Source: Macrostomum lignano (lineage: Eukaryota). From it: 64,000 nucleotides of DNA. The notes beneath the pieces are model-generated. The model was not told the origin of the DNA, searched no databases, and worked only from the letters and a program-made list of their open reading frames with translations. Location: contig NIVC01003828.1 of NCBI GenBank assembly GCA_002269645.1, positions 1 to 64,000 on the forward strand, given 5' to 3'. A program made the translations under genes and the position numbers. Below are positions 1-11,264 of the stretch, one piece after another. Position 1 is the first letter of the stretch. Each line of letters opens with the position of its first letter.

Positions 1-1788
1 GTAACATATATATCTTTAATTTAACACAACGCGAACCGTAAAAACTGCATAAAAGGTACAGTTTTGTTTAAACTGTTTCACTTTCAGTCGTTTAATTGGA
101 ATGTATTAATATTATACTTTCAGATTTTCATTTGACACACTATACTCGCAATGCCTTGTCGGATACTGTGTAGCTTGTACTTATTATTTATTCATTATGG
201 CCTTTTGAGTCTTTAACAGACCGGAGTAATCTCAACTCAGGCTTTGCGATGCAAAATATGGATTCAATCAATCTAATGCTAAATGCCAATATACGCTCCT
301 ATATAAAAAAAGCAAAAGCAGCCTCTCGTGAGTCAGGCTATATTTGTGCAAGTCAAAAACAAAGATTAAACTAATCTCGATTCAATTTTTCAGTATGCAC
401 TATAAACATTGCGTATGCGTTTTCATCTACACTACATAAGATAAATACTTGCTTACATATATGTATGGAGATCTGAACTACATGTACAATGTTGGAATTA
501 ATTCATTTTAACCCTTCAAACTTTGTCCAACATCATTGGATCTACACGATACACAAAACAAAAGAATTCTACATGTCAAATCATTTCACATGTAGATGTT
601 TAGATGTCCTTGGACCTTGCGACATGTTACATAGGTGTTAGCTGGAAGATTAGAAATAGTCTTTAAATACGAAATTTGTTTGCGCAGTTTTAAATACGAA
701 AATTAAACTTAATTTTAAGTTACGCAAAAGTAACCATAAAAAATTATACAATAAACTGCGTATTTTGATAACTTTGTTTAGCTAGGTATTAACAAAAACG
801 GCTTATTTATACAGTTCCTAAATGAATTTGTTAATCTTGTGCTTTTTTCTATTTTTAAACTGAGTGGAAACTGCAGAAGGCGGGCCACATCTGCAAGTTA
901 AAAAAGCTAGTTGAACTGAGCTGATACTGTAATTATAACTGACGTCATTTGTTTTAGTTAGGCTGTATATAATACGAATAAATTAAGTGCTAGAAAAAAG
1001 TTTAAAGAACAGCATTTTTATTTTGTAACCTAAAACCAAGTCCGAAGGTAGTTTTTCAGCATTTATAAAAAAATTGAGGCTTATTCCGCAACATGGAAGA
1101 GTATACAAGAGATCCTTGTAAGTTAGATGACAAAGTCGGCGATGTCTAATGAAATGAATTCATTCCCTATGTGCTTTTTTCTTTAGTATAGGCCTAGCCG
1201 CCTAGAAAGCAATTACCAATGACAATGTTTAGTTTTGCTGTACTTTTAGGGCCCCTTAAGTTTTAATACTTGAAAAATTGTTGCTATAGCTTAGCCTAGT
1301 CAAGCAGTTCATCTGTTCATGACTGAAAATAATTAGGCCCTAGTAGGATGCAAGTTAAAAGTGCTAATTTCAGTGCTATGGTAGAACTCACTTTAGCCTA
1401 GGCCTATTCCTACCCATAGTCAGGATCATGCTGTGTGCACCAGAAGCCACCCCAAAAATTTTTTTGGTGTGCGCCAGGTATGCCAGGCAAAATGCACAAG
1501 TGCGCCAGTTGCGCCAGTCCTAAATCCTAATCATAATGTAAAAAAAATGTGCAATATACACAAAATCACAATATATTATAAGTTGTACATAATGTTTTGT
1601 GTAATTGCAAGCAAAGATTAGGCCCTATCAATTGAAGATTTGAAAATTTATGTTTTTAATTTCAGAAATAAAGAAAAAAGGAATAAAACACAACTTAGAG
1701 AATATTTTAAATGAAGAAATGGTTGTCAATTGTTACAATAAATTTGCAAAATCATGGTTAAACTTTGTGCAAAATTTGATGCCTTATA

Positions 1789-2564
1789 TACGAGGGGTGT
1801 CCCAAAAGTTCCCGGAATGTCCAACGTAGCTCTTCAACAGAGCCATGAAATTTCATGCCCATGGTGTCAAATGAAAGGAAATTTTGTCACAAAGAATACA
1901 AAGTTAAAATCATGTTGATATCTTTTTTTATTCAAGAGCTACAGCAAGAAACTTGCGCAAAGGTCAGGGGTAGTGTTACACAACCTCAACAATCTATGGC
2001 AATAATTTTTTCATCTCCATTTTTGGAGTTTTTCACTTTGAATTCATTCACAGCAGACTGGCCATCTCTAAAGTGTTCAATCCATCTATAAATTGCAGTT
2101 TTTTTCAGGCTGTTCTCACCGTGGATGGAAAATAAGTGGTCAGAAATCTTGGCTCCACTCCATCCTACTGACCAAAAGGCAAAAACTTGACTTTGCTGAC
2201 TTTCAAGGCTCTGAAGAGAACTCATTTTTGCAAAGAAATTTTAAGTTGAAAGCAAGCGCTTGGTACGAATTATCTGCACTCGCGCAAAAGCTCAGATTAG
2301 CTTTATGAGCATTTCTGCTTTTTTCCATAGACACTACCACGTCTTTCTGACATGTCAGTAGCACGAATTCAAAATGAAAAACTCCAAAAATGGAGATGAA
2401 AAAATTATTGCCATAGATTGTTGAGGTTGTGTAACACTACCCCTGACCTTTGCGCAAGTTTCTTGCTGTAGCTCTTGAATAAAAAAAGATATCAACATGA
2501 TTTTAACTTTGTATTCTTTGTGACAAAATTTCCTTTAATTTGACACCATGGGCGTGAAATTTCA
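1789..2564 (-). mobile_element. Internally deleted mariner-type DNA transposon with long (~200 bp) inverted repeats
   Basis: TA+CGAGGGGTGTCCCAAAAGTTCCCGGAAT (1789-) is a mariner-like end. 1846-2045 and 2365-2564 are near-perfect reverse complements. The spacer encodes, on the - strand, SGAKISDHLFSIHGENSLKKTAIYRWIEHFRDGQSAVNE, resembling the Mos1-type N-terminal HTH. Confidence 0.8.
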
Positions 2565-3998
2565 CTAGACAAGCTATCAGTTAGGCTTAATCAAATTAGT
2601 TTTATCAATTATCATAGCTATGGATATAGCTATTGCAAGAAGGGATTATATTATATCCATTTTCGTTACTAGGGCCTAGCAAAAATCTAGGATAGAATTT
2701 TTGTACAAAATGATAGATACATTCTGTGTGCACTAATAAAAATTTTGTAGTTGTGCAATTTTTTGTAAAAATCTTATCTTATGTAATAAGAAAACTAGAA
2801 TTTGAAGTTAGCATAAAATGTTTCAAAAAGTTTATATTTTACTTGTAACATATAAGAAAGTTTTTAGATAAAAGAGGCAATTGTCTTCCTAAAAGGTCAT
2901 TGTTGGTTTTCTTAGAAATGATTTCCAGTCCTTTAATTATTTTAAGTATCAGCTTTTTAGTTCATGTCAATAGACATTTTTACTCTTTCATTATATTTTG
3001 TGGCTCTTTTCGTACAATAGGAGTACAAGCTATGCTCACAAAGTAAATGTCCGTAGACATTTGCAGCTCAGCAGCCATGAATGGCTTGTAAATAAAGAAC
3101 ATTTGTTAACTAAATAAAAGTTTATTTATTAATGACTATACTCTATTACTAAATAGTCTTTAATTTTAACCATAATTATTATAAAGTAATGAAGGAAATT
3201 AAAGTAGCCTACAATATGAGCTTAGGCTTATTGTTCTTTATAACTATAAATATATAAAACATAAATTTCTTTTATGATTATAAGAAATTTAGCTTAGTTT
3301 TGTAGTTTTGTCTTATTTGAATTAAATAGGCCTATCTAAATCATTATATTCTAGTAATAAATTTTCAAAATTGACAATGCAATGGAAAGTATATAAGATC
3401 CCTGGACCTTTATAGGCTATAGAAAAGTCTGTCTTGTTCCCATTCCCAATAAATCATTTGTTCCCATGACACCCAAATGTTTGTGCTTGAGCCATTATGC
3501 TTAGTTAGTACTATAAAGGTCATAGAATAACTAGACTGGCTACTTAGCACATTTACATGTAAACTATTTTCAGTTCAGTAGTAAGTTAAACTAAAGCATT
3601 TTAATGTATTTTATAAGATAAGGCTCATTTATTGGCCTTTACCCCTCAGCTTAAACCTTCCAACCATACCTTTTCACACTATCCCTTCCCCAATTTTTAT
3701 TGCCTTTCTTGGAATTCCAGCCTAAAGCTGCCATGTACATTTCAGTGGACTGGCTAATGTACACTATGCCTGAACCAATTAGCAAGTTGTTTAGGCCTGA
3801 AAGCTTGGGCTTCTAAACTTATCAAAGTCATTTCAGCTGCCTTTATTTTTATAAAATAGCTTTTATATTCTTCTTTGCTACTGAACTGAAAGTAGGAAGC
3901 TGTTTTACTAAGTATATATGCCTGAGTGGCCCATCTAGCTATTTTAGAATCTGTGTTCCACATAAGCTTATGTAATACCACAATAAGATATTTGGAAA

Positions 3999-4493
3999 AT
4001 GATTGCATATAAGCCTGTGGAAGTCATTGTGCCTCCCCCCAACCATTATTGTCAAACCAGCCCGTGGCGCATTGTATCTGATCTTGGCGGCGCCTACACA
4101 ATGGGCGCTATCGGCGGCACTCTGGTGTACTTTTACAAAGGCTACCGTACTGCTCCATCCAGCCAGCACATGCGCCTGATCTCGGCTCTGTCCAACGTGC
4201 GCCAACGAGCCCCGGCTTTGGGTGGCGCTTTCGCAATGTGGGGCGGCACTTTTGCAACCACCGAGTGCTCGTTGATCTACCTGCGACAGAAAGAGGACCC
4301 GTACAATAGCATCATGTCTGGCGCCGCGACCGGAGCTCTGCTGGCTGTGCGGCAGGGACCGGCCGCGATGGTTGCTCAAGCTCTGATTGGCGCAGTGCTG
4401 CTGGGCCTGATTGAAGGCATGGGCATCGTGTTCACCAGGATTATGCCCAGCATTCTGGCTGTCGAGGCTGAGGCTGCGGGTGGGGCTGGGTAA
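3999..4493 (+). CDS. TIMM17: Mitochondrial import inner membrane translocase subunit Tim17 (single exon, 164 aa)
   Basis: [63 protein letters not shown] and LLGLIEGMG match the Tim17 signature segments. Uninterrupted ATG-TAA ORF. Confidence 0.93.
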   Translation: MIAYKPVEVIVPPPNHYCQTSPWRIVSDLGGAYTMGAIGGTLVYFYKGYRTAPSSQHMRLISALSNVRQRAPALGGAFAMWGGTFATTECSLIYLRQKEDPYNSIMSGAATGALLAVRQGPAAMVAQALIGAVLLGLIEGMGIVFTRIMPSILAVEAEAAGGAG

Positions 4494-4550
4494 GCAGCTG
4501 GCTAGGCTGAGCAGTTCTTGATGCACTGGAGCCTAGATGCGCAGTCCAGT

Positions 4551-5600
4551 CATCATATCCCCCAGCCATCGTATCCTCCATCTCCCCTAGCCATCATATC
4601 CCCCAGCCATCGTATCCTCCATCTCCCCTAGCCATCATATCCCCCAGCCATCGTATCCTCCATCTCCCCTAGCCATCATATCCCCCAGCCATCGTATCCT
4701 CCATCTCCCCTAGCCATCATATCCCCAGCCATCGTATCCTCCATCTCCCCTAGCCATCATATCCCCCAGCCATCGTATCCTCCATCTCCCCTAGCCATCA
4801 TATCCCCCGGCCATCATATCCTCCATCTCCCCTAGCCATCATATCCCCCAGCCATCATATCCTCCAGCCATCGTATCCTCCATCTCCCCTAGCCATCATA
4901 TCCCCCAGCCATCGTATCCTCCATCTCCCCTAGCCATCATATCCCCCAGCCATCGTATCCTCCATCTCCCCTAGCCATCATATCCCCCGGCCATCATATC
5001 CTCCATCTCCCCTAGCCATCATATCCCCCAGCCATCATATCCTCCAGCCATCGTATCCTCCATCTCCCCTAGCCATCATATCCCCCAGCCATCGTATCCT
5101 CCATCTCCCCTAGCCATCATATCCCCCGGCCATCATATCCCCCAGCCATCGTATCCTCCATCTCCCCTAGCCATCATATCCCCCAGCCATCATATCCCCC
5201 AGCCATCGTATCCTCCATCTCCCCTAGCCATCATATCCCCCGGCCATCATATCCCCCAGCCATCGTATCCTCCATCTCCCCCAGCCATCATATCCCCCGG
5301 CCATCATATCCCCCAGCCATCGTATCCTCCATCTCCCCTAGCCATCATATCCCCCGGTCATCATATCCCCCAGCCATCTTATCCTCCATCTCCCCTAGCC
5401 ATCATATCCCCCGGCCATCATATTCCCCAGCCATCATATCCCAGCCATCATATCCCCAATCTCCCCAATATCCCTCATCCTCATCTTCCAAGTATCCCCA
5501 TCTCCCTAATATCCCCATATCCCCATCTCCCCAATATCCTTATCTCCCCATCTCTCCAACATCCCTAACCATCATATCGCCCATCCATCATTACCTCCAT
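4551..5600. repeat. Minisatellite, 41-bp unit CCATCATATCCCCCAGCCATCGTATCCTCCATCTCCCCTAG, degenerating distally
   Basis: Direct tandem copies visible, built from 16-bp and 25-bp related subunits. Begins ~60 bp after the Tim17 stop. Confidence 0.95.
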
Positions 5601-6290
5601 CTAGATCTGTAGTTTTATAGAACACCTAAAAGCAGCCGGGGACAGCTATAAAGGTTTCTAAAAGTTTCTAAATTGCGTTTTAAAAGCCTCTGGCCTTGGT
5701 GACAGTTTTTTTAAACATAATTAGATATCAAAGTAGATACCCATCTACGCGTGTATTACTGCCCGTCTTGTTTTGTAACTGTTAGTTTCATGAAATTTCT
5801 TCTTAAACTTAAAGCGGCTAAATTAGTTAGCTGATTCTGTTTATTCAGCGGCGATAAAGTTTGCTAGTTAACACAAATCAGAATCTTGTCATGTTTGTCT
5901 GAAGCCATCATTTTTTAGTTGAAGTCTAGTGCAAAAGGAAGCGCAGTCTACTCGATCAATAAGTAAGCGGCACTAACGACAGACTGCAGTGCATTGGTTT
6001 CCTTGCTAAGTTCGATTTACGAGCGTATATGCAGCTATTTTCTTTAATAATAAAAAATTATTACTATTATAATAATTATTGTATCGCAAAGGAAGATCTT
6101 TTTGGTACAAAACTGCGAAACAAATCTATAAATTTGCATATTATAAATATAAATAAAAAGCTAGCTTGAATTTGTTTATCTCTGTCTCTTGTCCGTTTCT
6201 GTGGCAAGCTTTGTAGATTGGTCTTGCTCATTTTTTACTGTTTGCATTGTGTTTAGGAGGCTCTAGTTGTTGGTATTGCGACAGAAGAGA

Positions 6291-6478
6291 TCATTGTTCC
6301 CCATTTGGGAACTACAGAGGGGGTCATTGTCCTATTTAAGAGCTACAAAGGGGTCATTGTCCTTTTTAAGAGCTACAGGGGGGTCATTGTCCTATTAAGA
6401 GCTACAGAGGTCATTGTCCTATTTAAGAGCTACAGAGGGGTCATTGCCATATTTAAGAGCTACAGAGAGTTCATTGTC
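6291..6478. repeat. Minisatellite, ~30-bp unit AGAGCTACAGAGGGGTCATTGTCCTATTTA
   Basis: About 6 tandem copies just upstream of the Rab9 acceptor. Confidence 0.9.
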
Positions 6479-6498
6479 ACTGTAAATTTTATTTACAG

Positions 6499-7945
6499 CC
6501 GCGCTCCCAGCTTCTAAAGGTCATCTTACTTGGCGACGGTGGCGTCGGCAAGTCGTCTATAATGACGCGCTACGTGCACCAGCGCTTCGATCAGCGACCG
6601 CAGCACACTATCGGTGTTGAGTTCTTAGTTAAAGAGCTTACTATTGATGGTATGCATTTTACTCTGCAGATTTGGGACACTGCGGGACAGGAGAGGTATC
6701 GATCTTTGCGGACTCCATTTTACAGGTGATTATGATTAGCTGTCTTAAAAGCTGGGCTTCACAGAGCAGAGAGTGGGGTGGGTGTCGAACAGGGCGGAGA
6801 CTGGGGTGGGTGTTAAACAGGGCAGAGAGTGGGGTGAGTGTCGGACAGGGCAGAGAGTGGGGTGGGTGTCGGACAGGGCAGAGACTGGGGTGGGTGTTAA
6901 ACAGGGCAGAGAGTGGGGTGAGTGTCGGACAGGGCAGAGAGTGGGGTGGGTGTCGGACAGGGCAGAGAGTGGGGTGGGTGTCGGACAGGGCAGAGTGGGG
7001 TGGGTGTCGGACAGGGCAGAGAGTGGGGTGAGTGTCGGACAGGGCAGAGAGTGGGGTGGGTGTCGGACAGGGCAGAGAGTGGGGTGGGTGTCGGACAGGG
7101 CAGAGTGGGGTGGGTGTCGGACAGGGCAGAGAGTGGGGTGAGTGTCGGACAGGGCAGAGAGTGGGGTGGGTGTCGGACAGGGCAGAGTGGGGTGGGTGTC
7201 GGACAGGGCAGAGAGTGGGGTGAGTGTCGGACAGGGCAGAGAGTGGGGTGGGTGTCGGACAGGGCAGAGAGTGGGGTGGGTGTCGGACAGGGCAGAGAGT
7301 GGGATGTGTCGAACAGGGCAGAGAATCGGGTGGGTGTTGTACGGCGGAGAATGGGGTGGGTGTCGAACGGGGCAGAGAATGGGGTGGGTGTTGCACAGGG
7401 CGGAGAATGAGGTGGGTGTCGTACAGGGCAGAAGGTGGGGTTGGTGTTGCTCCTAAATCTAGCGAACCCCGCAAACCACCCGCCGCAGAGGCGCAGATGC
7501 GTGCATCCTAGTGTATGCCCTAGACGATCGCCGCTCCTTCACCAACGTGGACATGTGGCGCCAGGAGTTCTTTCACTACTCCGACGTACTGGAAAGTGAC
7601 GGGCAGAAGTTCCCGTTCCTGCTAGTTGGCAATAAAAGCGACGTAGAATTGGCCGAAGTGTCAGTGGAAGATGCCGACGCGTGGGCCAACCAGTACGGCA
7701 TGCGGCATCTGACTGCCTCGGCTAAAAGTTCTGACAATGTTGACGCCGCTTTCAGTCACGTTGCGGCCGCGTGGTTGGCCCGGGCCAAAGCTGAAGCGGC
7801 CACGGCGGAGGCTGCAGCCGCAACTTCGTCAACTGCGGCGACTTCCACAGGGAGGATTCGAGTGCGAGCTGGTGGCGACGGCGGGAGCTCCTCCGGTCAG
7901 CTTGGTGGCAGCGGCGGCAAGAGGAGCGGCTTTGGCTGCTGCTGA
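6499..7945 (+). CDS. RAB9: Rab9-like small GTPase; exons 6499-6725 and 7489-7945; initiating exon not located
   Basis: LLKVILLGDGGVGKSSIMTRYV..HTIGVEFLVKEL..LQIWDTAGQERYRSLRTPFY, then phase-2 GT-AG intron (AG|A = Arg), then RGADACILVY..FPFLLVGNKSD..SAK..GFGCC-stop. RSLRTPFYRG is Rab9-typical; C-terminal CC is a prenylation motif. Confidence 0.9.
6765..7440. repeat. G-rich minisatellite, 28-bp unit GTCGGACAGGGCAGAGAGTGGGGTGGGT, in the Rab9 intron
   Basis: Tandem copies fill most of intron 6726-7488. Confidence 0.95.
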
Positions 7946-8087
7946 CCGTGCCTGATCCGGACTGTTCCTAACGAATACCTTTTTGGGCCTCTGGCTCTGT
8001 GGGCCTGTCTGTCTGCTCTACTCGTTAGTAGTAGTTTTGGGGTCTTTACTTCAGAGTAGTTTGCCTTCACAGCAAACTGCAAAGTCT

Positions 8088-8298
8088 CTCAGTTGCTGGG
8101 CCAGCCTCCCAGATGCTCAGTTGCTTGGCCAGCCTCCCAGATCCCCAGTTGCTGGGCCAGCATTCTCCCAAATCCTCAGTTACTTGGCCAGCCTCCCAGA
8201 TCCTCAGTTGCTGGGCCAGCCTCCCAGATCCTCGGTTGCTGGGCCAGCCTCCCAGATCCTCGGTTGCTGGGCCAGCCTCCTAGAGTGACAATTGCTGG
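8088..8298. repeat. Minisatellite, 28-bp unit CTCAGTTGCTGGGCCAGCCTCCCAGATC (same family as 15861-16390)
   Basis: About 7 tandem copies ~140 bp after the Rab9 stop. Confidence 0.93.
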
Positions 8299-9915
8299 GT
8301 CTCCGCCAGCCTTCCTTCTTAACTCTAAAAACTTTTTTTGTGCTTTTTTAAGTTTAAAACGATATTTTAACGATCGCAACGACATGCTTGTAATTATTCT
8401 TGTGTAGACGCAATTATTTTCTATTATTTTCAGACATTTTCGTATGCCAATGTATTGCTAAACAAGCTAAATATTTACTGCCTAGATTTTGGTGTCTGAA
8501 ACTTTGTAATAAAGCCTTGATTTCCTTCGATTCAGATAATGCCTTTCGTGTATGCATGCGCGTCATTTGCTACTTGTGTAATGAATATAGTGGACCTCAC
8601 AGCAGTAGTCAGTTGGTACCGGACTGCTTGTTTTCATTATCCCAATCCAATATGCGTATGTCTGATTATTCTGATGCTTTTTCGGTAAATTTTTATCTAT
8701 AATTTTATTGTATGATGAACTTTTTTGAATCTCCTATACTAATTCAGTTTGTGTGAGGTTAATTAAAGATTACTTAATACTAACTAATCTGAATCATGAT
8801 ACTTGAAGTATTTGTGGTAAATCTGTAGATTTGCTGTGAAAAGAAATCGTTTTATTTTTGTTCGATACTTACAGTAGTTTTGGTTAGCCTGTGCTGTTTT
8901 TAATTGATTAATTCTCTGGTGGCTGGTATTTTCACTGTCTGGAATAACTATGTTTGTGTTTTTCATCTTGGAGACTTAAACACTTTCTTACATGCATGTA
9001 AACGTGTCTGTGATTCATTTCCACCCCCTTCACTGTCATTTAAAAATAATAATTTGGAGACATGAAGTAAAATTGCAGATTTGTTGCTCAAGGGACGCGT
9101 GCTACAAAATACTGATTGCAATTTCTCTGTACAGTGGTAATCTGGAATACACTAACTGTATTTTCATTTTATTTCTGTTACACACTTACTATATATTTTC
9201 AGAGTTGTATATTTATTTTGCCATCGCTTAAACAGTATATTAATTTTCATTCTATTATTTATTGTGCAAATCTTTTTGGCGATGCAAATTTATTACAGAA
9301 TGTCTATACCTATACTATATGCTAACTTTAAGTATTTATTGCTGACATGGGTAGTTGACCAGTAGCATGTATAGTACAGATATACGCATGCCTTTTAAAA
9401 TTTATATTCAAGCTTATACACATGTCTTTATTCCATTCTGTGTTAAATATAATGAAAGAATTTATTTTCACAGAATTTATTTTCCATTTTTCAACAAAAG
9501 AAATAAATAAACCTTAATTAAAAAACGAAAAGTTGTGCAATTCAAAAAAGCTATTTCATTTGGTTTTGTGCAAGTTTCGCCTGTACCTATAGTGGTAAAA
9601 CGACTTTGCAGATTAAACTACAATTGTTGTAGGCTAAAAACTAAAATCGAAACGAATCATTAAAAATTATCCGCTAATAGTCTAATACAGCGTTTTGCAG
9701 TTACGCGCGTTGAATTTAATACAATACAAGATACGTTTGCCAATGGAATGGAGCTTTTGTCTATGGTAGCAAGGCTGGCCAACTTTTTATTTTTAACATT
9801 TCTTTGGTCCAAGTATTCAATAGTCTAAACGCTCGTACGTTTGACGGGCTGATGGATGCTGTAAAAATCAGCTGAGTGCTTTAAGCTGAGGAGCTAATGA
9901 ATTATTGAACTGAGA

Positions 9916-10346
9916 CATAGGCGTAGGAACGGGGGGCCAGTGGGGTAATGGTATCTGGCCCCTCCACATTTTAAAAGTAAAATGTAGACTTCTTGCTTAT
10001 TTTTTGGTTTTTGCTGCTTTGCACGAATGCATTTTGCTGCAGGGCGACAAAACAGCGCCTGCGGCGCCAAAATGAGTGCCACGGCGCTAATGAGTGCTTG
10101 CGGTGCTAAAATGATTGCCTGCGGCGCCAAAATGAGTGCCAGCGGCGCTAAAATGAGTGCCTGCGGCGCTTTATAAAATGAGTGCTGACAAGACGGATTC
10201 TGAAAAGAATCGGTACATGATAATGTCCATTTTCCATATAAAAAAATCTAACTCGAAGGGGGCGTGCGCCCTGCGCCCCCCCTTAAATCCGCCACTGAAC
10301 CTGGCCTGCCCCCCCCCCTACTTTTTAAAACGTTCTTACGCCTATG
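9916..10346. mobile_element. Non-autonomous DNA transposon with short TIRs and a 6-bp TSD
   Basis: Ends CATAGGCGTAGGAACG and CGTTCTTACGCCTATG (15/16 inverted match). CTGAGA flanks both sides (9910-9915, 10347-10352). Internal GCGGCGC(C/T)AAAATGAGTGC repeats. Confidence 0.85.
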
Positions 10347-11026
10347 CTGAGATAAAAAATTGTTTATGGTAAAGAATGTAAGGGTTTCGCTGCATCCTCA
10401 ATATTTTTGCAACCTAAATTCTCTATGTCTGGGGCAGATTACGCTGCCTTAATTCAGTCTTTGTTCTTAGAAATTCATAAGCTGAATATAGCATAACTAA
10501 TAAAATCAAAGTGTGAAATGCCACTATACACCGTTTTTTTTAATTAAAAAAATGGTAAGCTTACGTGTGTGTTTGTTTAAATGCACAGTAATGTTCAAAA
10601 TTGTGAATCGGTGGCAATTTCTAGAAAAATAATAGTGCCGTGCCTTACCACTACAGTCTACATTGTCGTATTCGCAGTTGCTAGTCATAGTCAGCCATCG
10701 AAAAGCATCTACATGTAAATAATTTTAAATCTGCTTAACTTTAGCTTTTCAGTATATTCCCTGGTTTTGATAAAATAAACATACGCTGAAAATCCAAAGA
10801 CCTGGCTAAAGGGGAGGTGGAGAGGTGCTCTGTTCCGACTGTTCTTTTTTGATGTAATTGCGCTGAGCTTGGTCCCCACTTTAATTTTTTTAGGTCTCCA
10901 TCGAAAGGGTTGCGTCGCAGATCGACGGAGGGGACCACGCACCTTGGCTGCGCCAAACAGAATTTTTTGAGATAAATAATTAGGGACTAGGCCTAGGCCC
11001 TAGGCCTATGCATTTTTTGGCAAAGG

Positions 11027-11264
11027 CTAGAGTTCCAGCACTGGAACCCATTTTCTCAGGGCTTTGGATCCGGCAGTGGTATTCCAGTAGTGCAGTTTAT
11101 AAGTATACAGTATATATATGAGGCCTAAGATCAAAACAAAATGATGAGATTCAAAATTAGATACTTGAAACTAATGTTCAAAGATGTCATTAGTAGATAA
11201 CTGCCTGCAGAAGACTGCTGGATCCATAGCTATTAGAAAATGGGTTCCAGTGCCAGAACTCTAG
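11027..11264. mobile_element. MITE-like element with 30-bp TIRs
   Basis: CTAGAGTTCCAGCACTGGAACCCATTTTCT (11027-11056) vs AGAAAATGGGTTCCAGTGCCAGAACTCTAG (11235-11264): 28/30 inverted match. Possible TA TSD within the terminal CTAG. Confidence 0.65.

Noticed and set aside
3939-4526. 195-aa minus-strand ORF
   Set aside because: Antisense shadow of the GC-rich Tim17 CDS.
10552-10560. ATG|GTAAGC as the Acinus start micro-exon
   Set aside because: A phase-0 donor does not fit the phase-2 acceptor at 14213; the join gives an immediate stop.
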